Assembly (NCBI RefSeq): GCF_032191835.1
Contig: NC_083224.1
Location: 189,348,001 to 189,412,000, forward strand
Origin: Heteronotia binoei
Lineage: Eukaryota
Length of the DNA stretch: 64,000 nucleotides
Direction: 5' to 3'
Of the stretch, positions 11,309-24,749 are shown piece after piece (positions within the stretch are counted from its first letter, which is position 1; the number at the start of each line of letters is the position of its first letter). Below the pieces are notes generated by a model. It saw nothing but the letters and a program-made list of their open reading frames with translations, searched no databases and was not told the DNA's origin. The translations under genes were made by a program, and so were the position numbers.

Positions 11309-12689
11309 CTGCAAAGGAAGAGGAGAGGAAACATCAACAGGGAAAGTGCAAGCGACACTGCTCCCCTCCAGCAAGATGGTATTCAACTGTGTGCCTCCAG
11401 AGGATTTACTGTGTAGGTTAGGATCTCAGCTCACACACCCCTTCCTCGGTATGCAACCCCCCCCCCAAAAAAAAGTCATGCTAATTCTCTTCCACAGTGG
11501 TCTTCGACCCTTCCAGATCCAGGAAACAGGAGCAGCGAGTACTTGGCAGGAAGTCATGTGCCAGAGTCACATGACAGGACACGGGAAAGCCAGAGAGACC
11601 ACCTCACCAGTGACTGGCCAGCAGACTGGACAGAAAGCACGAGCTGACAGCCTGGTACAACCCTCTCCGACCACAGCACAGCCCCACCACTCTGCCACTC
11701 ATCTCAGCTTGCTATGAAGACTTGCATGCTCTGCATCAGCCTCCCCCCCCGCCAGTCTTCCTGAGCCTGTTGTCTGGAAGACCACCTTTGGAATCTTCAC
11801 AGAGCACAGTCCCAAAATGGCTGCCCTACAAGCACTGCACCGAGGAGCCCTGCCAGCAAGAAGTCTTTCCAAAAGCCTCCCCATCCACAGACAGCTCTGC
11901 TGAGACTCCCAAGCAAGAAGACGGGACTCAGTCTGGGTCTCCGAGTGTCCACAATCCTCCATCCCTTACAGAATATCAAGGGCCTCTCAGTCTTAAGATT
12001 CCTCGTCTGTCTGACTCACCGGCACCAAGATGGAGATCTCAGCTGTCACTAATGCGCAGCCAAGAGAGGCAACACTGCCTTAACACCAAGCACTGGAGCC
12101 ACATTTCTCAGACTGGGGTCCTTGAGTCCTTTGTGAGGGACAGAAGACATCATCTGTGCACCCAAACCCAACTAACGTAATTGGAGACTCCCCCTGTGTT
12201 CTCTGAAATGGGGAAGAGACACTGTCTCCTGGCCTCCCTGTTTCAAGGGGTGGGGCCTGCAAGTACTGCCACCCAGTCCACTAGAAACCATTGGCCAGAA
12301 CAGAGGGTGCTGTGCTGGGAAGAACCAACTGCTCACCAGGAATACTAACTGGCCGAGCGACACCCTGGGGGTTTCAACTTATTTCTGTGGCTCTCTGACA
12401 ACTGGATCATCACTGGCTACCTCTGAGACCTTCCAGCTGAGAGACAGGATCCAAATAAGCAAAGAATAAAATTCTGCCTTGCTGGAAGACTGGCAAGTGG
12501 TTTTTTTTGGCGTGGGTTCACCTTCATGCCAGGGCATGGCAGACCTCCCAAGTCAAAACACAAGTTTCTGATCCTAGAGGCTCCTTTCCCAGTATCAAGG
12601 CTGGCAAGGAGTAACAGCCAACCCCGCCGCTAGTTCCACAGGCATTTTCTGATGCCCGAGAGCTGAACTGCTAACTGTTACTCCCAACC

Positions 12690-13308
12690 AAGACTCCATC
12701 TAAGCTGTGGAGTCTTAAGAACACAAATTCTACTTCATTAGCTACAGGCAATAAAATTGTGAGCTACTGCAAAGGAAGAGGAGAGGAAACATCAACAGAG
12801 CAAATCAGTTTGCTCTGGGGCCCTTTTTTTTCCCTGGGCCAAGACAAAAATGTGTGAGCCGGAGGTTAAAAAAACTGAACTAGCTCACACAAACTCAGCT
12901 TAGAAGAAGAAGAAGATATTGGATTTATATCCCGCCCTTCACTCTGAAGAGTCTCAGAGCGGCTCACAATCTCCTTTCCCTTCCTCCCCCACAACAGACA
13001 CCCTGTGAGGTAGATGAAGATATTGGATTTATATCCCGCCCTTCACTCCGAAGAGTCTCAGAGCGGCTCACAATCTCCTTTACCTTCCTCCCCCACAACA
13101 GACACCCTGTGAGGTGGGTGGGGCTGAGAGGGCTCTCACAGCAGCTGCCCTTTCAAGGACAACCTCTGCCAGAGCTATGGCTGACCCTGCCAAGGCCATG
13201 CTAGCAGGTGCAAGTGGAGGAGTGGGGAATCAAACCCGGTTCTCCCAGATAAGAGTCCGCACACTTAACCACTACAACAAACCGGCTCTCCGGTTTGAGG
13301 GAACACTG
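12690..13308 (-). mobile_element. Second copy of the same MITE, carrying a SINE and a templated insertion
   Basis: Ends in GAGGGAACACTG; internal sequence is the reverse complement of 10760-10900. Confidence 0.65.
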
Positions 13309-14173
13309 CTCCCAGCCCATAATATTAAGAGTTCCATGCACTGCACGAAGAAATATTTCCATTGCCCTGACCCTGCTGACTTGGGGATGGCCACCTGTTT
13401 TTGATTTCCACGTGAATAACCACCTCTCACGCTACCGACGGCACCTTCTGTGAACTTATGTGCCTCGACCGCAACATCCCTCCACAGCTTCAAATGCCTC
13501 CATTGTTTCACTTACTCACTCCCTCCCTCCCTCCCCCCCGCCCAAACACTTGGGCTACTTCCTCAGCTATGGAAGACCCACCTACCGAGCCCCCTTTCAA
13601 CCCCTCAGCATCTGAGCAGGATTCTTGTACTAGATGTGCCTGTCAAAGAAACCCCGGTCATATTTTATTCACTTTATTAGTGCGTAGGGATGCCAGCCCC
13701 CAGATGGGGTGAGAGATGAAAAAAGGCCCCATGAGTCACCTTGATGCAGGAAGCAAATAAAGCATCTCACTGTGAACAAATAGAGTATAATATAATAGTA
13801 CGCTTGAAAGGACATGATATTTATACACAAAACTGTACAAAGCATAGGAAACATTTGCAATAGGATTGATAACAAGGCACTCTTTCAGAACCTATACACA
13901 GAGGCTGTGGAGTCTTCCAAAAGGGGTTCTCAGGTGTGCAAAAATATGTTTAAAAATCCATCCATTGCACCAGACAGAAAAGCGCTTGCATGATATTCTC
14001 CAAAGTCTGCACTCCCTAAAGCGCTTGAATAAATTCTTCAGGATCTCCTCTGCCCAACAGCTGTTTCGACAAACGAAATGAAGTCTTTCTCAAGGGTCAA
14101 GAGAAATCCTCTTCATATGAGGCAGAGTTTCATATTACTTGCTAGCAACAAGAAGTTTTCTTGGGATTTTTTT

Positions 14174-14784
14174 GGGGAGGGATGGTGGCTCAGTGGTAGA
14201 GCATCTGCTTGGGAAGCAGAAGGTCCCAGGTTCAATCCCTGGCATCTCCAAAAAAGGGTCCAGGCAAATAGGTGTGAAAAACCTCAGCTTGAGACCCTGG
14301 AGAGCCGCTCCAGTCAGGTGAGGGACGGTGGCTCAGTGGTAGAGCATCTGCTTAGGAAGCAGAAGGTCCCAAGTTCAATCCCTGGCATCTCCCAAAAAGG
14401 GTCCAGGCAAATAGGTGTGAAAAACCTCAGCTTGAGACCCTGGAGAGCCACTGCCAGTCTGAGAAGACAATACTGACTTTGATGGGCCAAGGGTCTGATT
14501 CAGTATAAGGCAGCTTCATATGTTCATACTGGACTAGATGGACCACTGATATGATCCAGCTCTTCTTATTAGGGGAGGGACGAAGGCTCAGTGGTAGAGC
14601 ATCTGCTTGGGAAGCAGAAGGTCCCAGGTTCAATCCCCGGCATCTCCAAAAAAGGGTCCAGGCAAATAGGTGTGAAAAACCTCAGGTTGAGACCCTGGAG
14701 AGCCGCTGCCAGTCTGAGAAGACAATACTGACTTTGATGGACCAAAGGTCTGATTCAGTATAAGGCAGCTTCATATGTTCATAT
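14174..14784 (+). mobile_element. Cluster of tRNA-derived SINEs with CR1-type 3' end (Squam2-like): dimer 14174-14527 + monomer 14572-14784
   Basis: Head GGTGGCTCAGTGGTAGAGCATCTGCTT...GGTTCAATCCC; tail CAGTATAAGGCAGCTTCATATGTTCA. Other copies at ~5583-5793, ~15050-15150, 36482-36650 (-) and 45608-45775 (-). Confidence 0.85.
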
Positions 14785-15364
14785 GAACTTATAGGCAAGA
14801 GCTTCCTGAGTATACCACAGCTCACTAGGACTAAGATACCCCTGCTCAGGTTTCTGCTTCCATATAGTTCTTTTACTGAACCAAATTTATTGATTATTTT
14901 AAGATTTCTGATCCACCCTCCCCACGTGGGCTCACTTGTTTCACATTCTCTTACAGCAACCCTTTAAAGGAATCAAGTATTACCTCACATGCAGGAGAAA
15001 AAAAGGGCTGCCAGAGACAGGTGAAATTTGAACCTAGGGTCTCCTGGATTGGAGCTTGAGACCCTGGAGAGCCACTGCCAGTCTGAGAAGACAATACTGA
15101 CTTTGATGGACCAAGGGTCTGATTCAGTATAAGGCAGCTTCATATGTTCATACTGGACTAGATGGGATTGAATAGGCATAGCTGCTCCAGTTAGATCTCA
15201 CTTAGAGTACTGTCTTTAGTTTGGGGCACCATAATCTAAGAAGGATATAGACTGGAACGTGACCACAGGAGGGCAATAAGGATGGCGAGGGGTCTGGATA
15301 CCAACTCCAACAAGGACAGGCTGAAGGACCAGGATATGTTTAACCTGTTGGTTAAACGTATATG

Positions 15365-15658
15365 AAGAGCCCCGTGGTGCAGAGCGCTAAAGCAGCCGTA
15401 CTGCAGTCCTAAGCTCTGCTCACAACCTGAGTTTGATCCCTGGTGGAAGCTGCGTTTTCAGGAAGCCGACTTGAGATTGACTCAGCCTTCCATCCTTCCG
15501 AGGTCGGTCAAATGAGTCCCCAGCTTGCTGGGGGGAAAGTGTAGATGACTGGGGAAGGCAATGGCAAACCACCCCGTAAAAAGTCTGCTGTGAAAACGTG
15601 AAAGCAACATCACCCCAGAGTCGGAAACGTCTGGTGCTTGCACAGGGGACCTTTCCTA
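15365..15658 (+). mobile_element. Sauria SINE (tRNA head, BovB-like 3' end)
   Basis: GAGCCCCGTGGTGCAGAG head; GGAAGGCAATGGCAAACCACCCC...CAGAGTCGGAAACG tail. Other copies at 39992-40268, 43881-44166 and 31255-31378 (-). Confidence 0.8.
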
Positions 15659-16012
15659 AACATATCATCACCATCTTCAAGTACTTGAAGGGCTGCTATA
15701 CAGAGGATGGTGCGGAGTTGTTTTCTGTTGCCCCAGAAGGTCGGACCAGAAAATTAAATCAAAAGAGCTTTCTGCTAAACATTAGGAAGAACTTCCTGAT
15801 AAGAGGGGTTCGTCAGTGGAACAAGCTTCCTTGGGAGGTGGTGAGCTCTCTTTCTTCGGAGGTTTTTAAACAGAGGCCAGATGGTCATCTGACAGCAATG
15901 CTGATACGCTGAATTTAGGGGGAGGCATCTGTGAATTTCCTGCATTGCGCAGGGGGTGGGACTAGATTATCCTGGAGGCACCTTCCAACTCTATGATTCT
16001 AAGTCACTTTCA
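15659..16012 (+). mobile_element. CR1 LINE (family B) 3' fragment
   Basis: IITIFKYLKGCYTEDGAELFSVAPEGRTR...VRQWNKLP, followed by a CR1 tail. Confidence 0.85.
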
Positions 16013-18233
16013 AATACATTTGAGGCTAAAATCAAACAGCCCTCTTTGCCTGTCCAGCACCCTCAAGTCCCGGCCAACTTATGTCAACCACTCATGGGGT
16101 TTTCAAGAAAAGGGATGTTCTGAGGTGGTTTGCCATTGTGTAGTGAACCTGAACTTCTTTGAAGTACTTGGGGGGGGGGGTTGGGTTTTTTTTTTTGCTA
16201 TCTCCCATATAGACGCCCTGGAGCAATGCTAATTCTGTAAATTAGGCAGATGATGAGAAGGAGGGCAGGAACGGCTGCATCAGTGCTTAGCTCTCATGAC
16301 CCTTTTTGACACACCCAGAGAAATGCTGTTTGTCACTGTGGGGACAGGCAGCAATTTTTCTCCAGGCCAGTTTGGCCAGGGGTCCTGGAGGGTTTTTCCC
16401 CCCGCCATCTTCTGTACATGGTCACAAGGTGTGTGTGTGTATGGGGGAGGTGTCTGTGAATTTCCTGCATTGTGCAGGGGTTGGGCTAGATGACTCTGGA
16501 GGTACCTTCCAACTCTATGGTTCTATGACTTCCTGGGAGGTCTCCCAACCACGTACTAACCAACTCTGCTTGGCTTCTGAGATCTGAAAAGATCAGATCT
16601 CAGCATGGGCCATCCAGGTCAAGGCCTGTCCCAACTATCGAAGGTCTTCTAAGGCCAGGTGAAGCACTTGGCATAGGAGGCAAGCTCTTCCCAAACAAAT
16701 ATGCTGCTCTTGACCAGCATTTTTTGATTCTTAGGCTGGTTGTATCCCCCCCTCACCCAATTTTGGGTGAGGCAGTACTGCTCCTGTTGAACCGGTCAAG
16801 CAGTGTAAGAGCAAACCAAAGTCTCTTTACTTCCTTCTCCTGCACACAGGAGGCAAATGCTATGTTCAAGAGAGGGGCATAATTCGTTTTAAGAGCTGCT
16901 TTAAAATGTCAGGTTCCCTTGCCGTAAGAATTCTTTCGTGGCCCCCGGTTCAGAGAAATGCTGAAGATGATGATATTGGATTTATATTCCGCCCTCCACT
17001 CCGAAGAGTCTCAGAGTGGCTCACAATCTCCTTTCCCCTCCTCCCCCACAACAGACACCCTGTGAGGTGGGAGGGGCTGAGAGGGCTCTCACAGCAGCTG
17101 CCCTTTCAAGGACAGAGTCTCAGAGCAGCCTACAATCTCCTTTACCTTCCTCTCCCCACAACAGGCACCCTGTGAGGTGGGTGGGGCTGAGAGGGCTCTC
17201 ACAGCAGCTGCCCTTTCAAGGACAACCTCTGCCAGAGCTCTGGCTGACCCAAGGCCATTCCAGCAGGTGCAAGTGGAGGAATGGGGAATCAAACTCGGTT
17301 CTCCCAGATAAGAGTCCGCACACTTAACCACTACACCAAACTGGCTACACCAAACTGAATCCATCCACACCCCTCATACTGGTCCTGGACGCCCCTTCCC
17401 ATCTAGTTGCTCTTGCCTGCCCACCTGATTCCATCCCTTCTTTCCCAGGCCCTGGGCCAGAGCTGCCTTGACACTGGCAGACATCCCATTATAACAATGA
17501 AAAACGCAACACGCATGAGTCAGCCAATGGCTGGGAAGGACGCCCAGACACTTTACAGTCCGTGACACACTTGCAATAATGAGACAACATTCCATAGTCC
17601 CCCTCCCAAATTTATATTATATATATATACACACAATGAACCACACCAAGCAAGCGTTAACAGCCTCTGCCTCTCTTCCTGAATTTGCAGGCCCCACCCA
17701 CAATTGCTCCAATCTCTATGGGCTGTAACCAGCAATCAACATTTTTTTTTACCATCAAGTCACAGCTGAGTTGTGGTGACCCCCCCGAGGGTTTTCAAGG
17801 CAGAGACTAACAGAGGGGGCTTGCCGTTGCTTGCCTCTGTGTAGCGACTCTGGACTCGCTAGGTGGTCTCCCATCCAAATACTAAACAGGACTGACTCGG
17901 CTTAGATTCTAATAGCTGAGGAAATCAGGCTAACCTGCAACCAGCTTAGGCTTGCCAAACCCTGCGGGCGAACAAGAATTGCTCCCCCACAATCAAGAAG
18001 AGAAAAAGAATAGGTGTCTTTTTTTTTTTATAATATCCCCTTTTAGGCCCTAAGCAAGCTCTAATTGAAGAACTGTTGGGAGACTAGTAACCTTTCCAGT
18101 TATCTGAAGTCTTGTAAACAAGGCACCTGTCCACGGGAAGATGTTGAATGAGGTTATTCTGGGCAGCCAAACAGGAAACCTTGTGGATACTGCAGTAAAA
18201 TCCACCTCTCCCCCTATCACCAGGGGTGATACC

Positions 18234-18817
18234 CGGGGTGTCGAACTCATTTGTTATGAGGGCCAGTTCTGACATAAATGAGACCTTGTTGGGCCGGACC
18301 ATGGGCTGAGTCATGTCACACTGAGCCATGTGTGTACCTATTTAAGATTAGGTAGCAGAGATACCGATTTTATAAAGAATACAGACAAACGCAAACTTTT
18401 TTTTTTTAAGCTTAAAACATGCTTAAAACGTTAGCACTCTTAAAGATGCTTCCTTTGTATTTCTCCCATGGGATCCAGGGAACTGGGCAAAGGAAGCTCT
18501 GGCTCTTTCCTTCCTTCCCTTAGGGGACCAAGAGGGGGAGGAGCATCAGCCAATAGAAGAAAGAAAGGCTTGGCTCAGTAGCTCTGCTGTGCAATTGAGA
18601 GAACCTGGCAAAGCAAGCTCTCCCTCCCTCCCCAAGGGAGGAGCCTCAGCCAATGGAGAAAATCGAGGTTTTGCTCTGTAGCTTCTGTGCAATTGAGCAA
18701 ACCTGGCAAAACAAGCTGTGATGCAGAAGGAAGCAAGAGAGAGGGAGAAGGAAGCAGATGACAGTGAGTTGCTGGGGGGCCTGATTCGGCCCCCAAACTG
18801 CATGTTTGACACCCCTG
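18234..18817 (-). mobile_element. Non-autonomous hAT element (TIR CAGGGGTGTCAAAC)
   Basis: GGGGTGTCGAAC at the left end and GTTTGACACCCCTG at the right end; shares internal sequence with 41802-43060. Confidence 0.7.
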
Positions 18818-19374
18818 CATTACACAGCCAAGAGCATGTCAAAGATCTACTCCAGCAGGACCATAATTGCTTTGAAAAACTCCTGAGCCAGAGATGAAAA
18901 AACACCAGCTCTCTGGCTTCTGCAGCAACCTTGCAAGCCAGCTGCAAAGTCCAGTGTTCTAGGCATGGGTGGCTACCAGCCCTGTGGATTTCTGCACCCC
19001 TTCCAGGCATATGAAACCAGGCAAGAACATCCATCTAGTACATTTTACCCTGCCCACTTCCAAAAAGCTCCCTTCCCAACTCAATTTGCACAACAGCATA
19101 GTCAGGCAGGTTAGGCTGAGAGAAAGTGAAATTCATCACAGGGCGGGATTTTGAACTCAGGACTCCCTGACCCTAGTCTAGCACTAGATATACGGCACCA
19201 CTCCCCATGTTCACAGGGATAACAACTTCTATCTCCAAGGCTGAAATGGTTTTTCTTTGAACCAGTGCACCTTCTAATGCAACTACCCAGAAGAAACAGA
19301 GTGTTTCTAGAAGACATTACAACCCAGCACTCTGGCTGAAGCTGAGTAGGCCTGACTCTGACCACTATCTAGAT

Positions 19375-19773
19375 CAGAGGTCCCCAACCACCAGTCCATG
19401 GACCAGTACCGGTCTGTGGCCTGCTAGCAACCAGGCCGTGGAGTGAGACAGAGCAGCCCCAGACTAAAGAGGCAGCACGGCCTCACTCCAAGCTTGCCTC
19501 CCCTTGTAGGGTCCCAGACCCATAGAAGGGCAGCGCTGCTGTGACCTTAGCCTTCCCCTCATTTATAGACTCTTTAAATGGGAGGGGGAGGCAGAAACAG
19601 CCCCAGTCTCCCCTCCATTCAAAGACGCCCATGGAGGGCAGGGATGTGGTGTGGGCGGAGGGGGGGGGGAAGCCTGGGGTAACGAAACCCCCAGCGCTAC
19701 CCACTCACCGGTCTGTGGAAAAATTGTCTTCCATAAAACCGATCCCTGGAGCCAAAAAGTTTGGGGGCTACTG
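19375..19773. mobile_element. hAT-Charlie-type MITE with perfect 8-bp TSD
   Basis: CAGAGGTCCCCAAC...TTTGGGGGCTACTG flanked by ATCTAGAT at 19367-19374 and 19774-19781. Confidence 0.85.
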
Positions 19774-22700
19774 ATCTAGATGGAAGACAGCTGGGGGGTG
19801 GGGTTCATAGATTCAAGGGTCAGGCTATTAATAAGGCATGAGAAAAGCAAGCATAGTAAAACATTACGGAGTTATTAATGGAGACCGTACAAATGTAGAT
19901 CTAGTAACATCAACATGTCAACTAGGACAGGAACTAGAGTGGCCGAGGGATAGAGATTTAACTGTTAAGACACCAGGAACTGGCTTCTAACAAGAGCTAC
20001 ACAGGTGGCAGACCTTGTCTGAATGGTTATGGCAGGCCCTGAAGAACCCTGGGAACTGTAGTCCTGAAGGCACTGAGAGCCCATCATCTAACAAAGTAAC
20101 TCTTTAGTGATTCTTGCCATTATCCAAATATGTAAATGGATAGATAGCGCCTGGAACATCTCTGCTGCTGTTAAGTTATAGATTATATATGCTGGATTAG
20201 TTTTAAGATATGTATTAACTATGTATAATTTTAATGTTGTTTTTAATCATTGTATTTTGTATAATGTTTTATTGAATGCTGTTAGCTGCCCTGAGCCTGC
20301 CTAGGCGGGGAGGGCGGGATACAAATAAAATTTAATAATAATAATAATCATCTGACCAAACACCCTCGGCCACTTCCCAGAACTACAAAGAGTTGACATG
20401 GGCTTTCAGGCAAGCTTAAGATTTGTATCATCTGTCTGGCACTTGTTTTGGGGAACCACAAAACTGTACGGTGTTATAAAATCTGTGGGAGGAAAAAAAA
20501 ACAGCTGAGTAAATACTTTTGGAGAGGGAGGGACACCTATTGAGTCTAAAAATACACCACAGTCAAGTGGTACTCGAAAGACTAACAATATCTTATTTAC
20601 AGCTTTTCTTGGACCAGAACCAAGTACATTGGACACAAGTGATACACAGCCAAGGGGGCTCTGGGTCACAAAAACATAGGCTGGGACAAGAGCTTGTTAG
20701 TCTCTGAAATGCCACGACATCCCTGGGTATTTTTGCTGCAGCTGACAACCCCAGCTACCACTCCAGAACTCCTAACACTTCTAGAAAGACTGAAACAGCG
20801 GAGCCGTCTCCTCCTGCATCGCCTGCCTGAAGAAAAACAATGGAAAAAGTCACACACACACACACACACACGTCAAACAAAGGGAGAAGGGAACAGAACT
20901 TAAGCATTTGTTGTTGGAGAAACACCAGGAAAACACACGCATTCGTGTCACGTGTGCTCCCCGCCTTTCCCGGGGAAGCTGTTTTCTCCTCTCTCAGCCC
21001 TTCCCATAGAGGGAAGACTCCAATGCAAAACAAACCTGATCGTGATGATGCACGGGGTGGGGCTGCTGTGCTTCAGGGACAGAACGCACCAGGCCAGCCA
21101 CACAGAGAATCACCCAGGTCTCAAACCCCCACCCCCCACACTGAGGATAATGTTTATCACTGGTACATTCAGACACAAATGCTGTTTAGAAACATGTTCA
21201 ATAAAAGTGTGGGAAAGGACGCATCAGTCTCCCGCTCAGATGACTATCTGTAATCCTACAGGACAGATCTACTAAAGAATCCAGCCTACGGCATCTATTA
21301 TAGTTTCTTGAGACCTACCAGGTGGGGTCGGGGGGAGGGGCTGGGGAACAACATGCAAGGTTTCCTGGAGAAGACTCTGATTCACCGCAGGCAAGCAGCT
21401 GTTCAATGAGGGAGCTCCCCTGCAGAGCAGATTTAATTCCTATCTATCGACCATCAGTCCCACCCTGACTAAACTATGCAGCTCAGACCTGTGAGCAACC
21501 TGAGCTAAGAGAGGAGACGGGAACGTAACTGACGAACTACCCAACTGATCTGAGTTGTGAAGCTAAGCCTAAAAGGAAAAGCAAAACAAAACAACTCCAA
21601 AACTAAGTGATTTCACTTCAGCCACAACTTCATCTGGTGGCCTTAGGTAAATCAATACTCTTGAGGATTTCCCAGGGGACTACTGGAGAATCAGTAGTGT
21701 TGCATAGTGGTTAGTGTGTCAGATGATGATCTGGATTCAAATCCCCACACTGTCAGGGAAGCTGGCTGGGTGACCTTGGTCCAGTCGAACACTCTCAGTC
21801 TAACCTACCTCACGGGGTTGTTGTGAGCATAAAATTGAGCACAGAATAGTGTAAGCTGCTTTGGGTTCCTACTGGGGAGAAAGGTGAAGTATAAAAGTAG
21901 TAAGTAAATAAATAAATACAAGAAAGCCTACCTAGTGATGTGAAGGTCCAGGGAAAAACTGGCTCCCTGTCCCCTCCATCCCTAAAGATCTTTTCAATCG
22001 TAGAAGAAATCCAATGCAATATTTTCTTTCAGAATGAGTTAAATGCTTTTTATTGTCTAATTTTCTGCCCAACACGGTGTAATGTATGTGATAACATCAT
22101 ATGCTGGTTCATTGTTTTCAATATTATGCAGCATAACTCCCTCCTACACCAGCCAGTTCTTAGAAACCTAAATATATACACACAAACAAGTTGGCTTCTG
22201 GCTAAGGTTTAAAAGTCCCAGAAACCCCTAGTGTCCTGCCACCCTCTGGGGAAGGAACCCCTGTGACCCACAGAAGGAAAAATATTATGAACTTCTAGAC
22301 GTCCAAATCATGTATTTTTCAGTGCAAATCCTGTACTAGGATATAAAATGCTCATTTATATACCTCAGGGACATCTTTTCAGGTCCCTTAGATCTTTCTA
22401 ATCCCAGCCACAAGAGTGTGTTTACAACTCTTGCCTTAAGGAAAAACCATTTACTCCTGGTGTAACCACATAAATAAATCAGTCTTCAACCGAAATCTCA
22501 CTTTCACCATGAACTCGCCAGGGGACCTCCTCCAAAGCCCCAGAGATCTTAGACATAAGAAGAATATTGGTCACCCTTACAGGGTGGTTGCAAGGATTAA
22601 CTGAGAAGCACTTTTAAAACTCTTGTCATGCACTGCCTAGATCCTAAATGCAAAAATCAAATAAGGGATGCCATTCCCTTATCTCCAGATCTAGGTTTTA

Positions 22701-24749
22701 TGAAGTTAACCTGCCCAAACAAACCACCATCGGGAGTTCAAGGACTCAACAACCAGCTTCAAGATGACTCATGCAAGCTCCACCTAGCCTCTTCAGGAAG
22801 AGAAAGAAAAGGAGGAAGGCAGGAAGTCTGGCTTGCAAAACAGGCTTGTAAACTTACCCAATGAAACTTTGTCTTCCAAAGCTGGCCTAAAGGAAGACAC
22901 TTCCTTTTGTTTACCTCCCTCAGTCCCTATGACGTAGTACCTTTAGTCACACTGCACCTCTGGAACCTCAGGCTCTTTTCATTCCTCCACTTTCGGACTG
23001 AAAAGACTTCCAGAGAATAGAGCACAGGCTAAAACCTACCAAGACTCAGCCTGAAGAAGTGGCTGGAAAACTACTGTACCCTCAATTTTAAGCAACAACT
23101 GGGAAACAAAAGCACAGTCTTATATTCTGTCTGCTTCTCCCGCTTGGTGGCTTACTTCTTTGGAAGAAGTGACTGTTATGCTCATCTGCCCTGCTCAGAA
23201 CAGTCAAAGGATTTTTGGTCCCTTCTGTCTCACCAGGTAAACCCACAAAAGAGAGCTTTCCTCTGCTTCTCAGCTACATCAAGTGACCTAGAACAACCAA
23301 CCCTCTTCTCATTGATACTCCCTTGCCCCAGTGCAATTTTTGGTCACCAGAAGACACCAGGTTGGCCCTATACTGACCATTACTACGTCCTCCCGTATAG
23401 GAGATAATTCTTAATTCCAGTATTGCCATTCTGTAATAATCACTCTTGTGTAATAATCACTTCTCTCCCCCCACCGCAGGAGAAAGGGGAGATGATTCTA
23501 TTTTTGGGAGGGGGGGACATCAAACTATTGCCTTAGTAAACTGATACCATGGTGCAAGGGGGACTACCAACATCCTTTGCCATTGAGAAAAATGGTTCCA
23601 GTTATTCGCCATATTGCAGACAAAAGGAAAAAAAATTAAATGCCTAAAACTACTTAAAGAAGAAAGCAGAATTTAGTGAAGTCCTATTATTTACTGATAA
23701 TAGTTTCAAATGTTTTAAAATAACTATTCAAATTGTTACCAATGTATCAAGAGAACAGAAAATTGCAATTTTTCCCTATTAAGGGGAAGAATTAGGGCAT
23801 TCCAAGCTATTCAGAACGAGATTTGTTATTTTCTTTAAGAGAAGGCAGGTACACACACCCTTTACACTGGATTCTTCCACTGGACTGTTGGGAGCAATTT
23901 ATTACCACTAATTCTTATACTTTAGTGAAGTGGGGGGGAAGAGACAATTACGTGCCTATGACTACTGCAAACAAGGAAGGGGACAAAAGAGAATTATTAC
24001 ATCAAAGGATGGAGAAGATGGAAGTTACACGAGACATTTGGATCATTTTTAAAGAAGAGAAAACACTCTTCTGCACCTTTACTCAGAAACAGAGTTGAAA
24101 AGTATAGTGTATAGGAGTCCAAAGTCAGACACTTCACATTTAGATACTTACTTCAATCTATCATTTCCTACTATTTATATTTTTAAGCAGTGCATTCACC
24201 ATCATGTTTTACCATTTCACATTTCTATTCATATTTACAGGTGGGACCAGTGCGGGGGGGGGAGGGGAATGGCAAAAACTCACACAAACAAATTCCCTTT
24301 TTCAACCCCCTTCTCCAAAACGACCTAGGCAACAATCCCTCCCACCTGCCATTTTTCATCTTCAGCAAACTTCTCTCAACATCCCCTGCCTCCTGGAGCC
24401 CCTGGGCCTCAACAGACCAACCCCATCCCCACCCAGGCACAGTTCTCCTGAACCCACGAACTGGAAGAGACCTTCCCACCCCACCCCCCTTCCATTTGGC
24501 TGGCCACCAGCTAAGGCCAGGCGTGGATAACTTTTGTTGAACAGACTTCTATCGATTCGGGAAACATGGAACGAGATGTCTACTGGATAGAGACCGCCCC
24601 CCCCTTCCACCCCCCCCCAAAAAAAAATTCTGTCCCAACTGATTCCGGGTTAGATTTACTGACACAATTACTGTGAATGGATGGGGGCAGCTATTCTACC
24701 CCCTTAATATTATGGGGTGCCGCCTGGGAACGGGGTAAATGCTCTCCTT

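Noticed and set aside
11722-12180. 152-aa antisense ORF in CDC34 intron 1
   Set aside because: No recognisable domain, S/P-rich low complexity, no supporting splice or promoter signals.
14174-14260. tRNA genes (GGCTCAGTGGTAGAGCA...GGTTCAATCCC here and at ~5590, 27660-28330, 36580-36650)
   Set aside because: These are tRNA-derived SINE heads: each continues into the same non-tRNA body and tail, with no proper acceptor stem.
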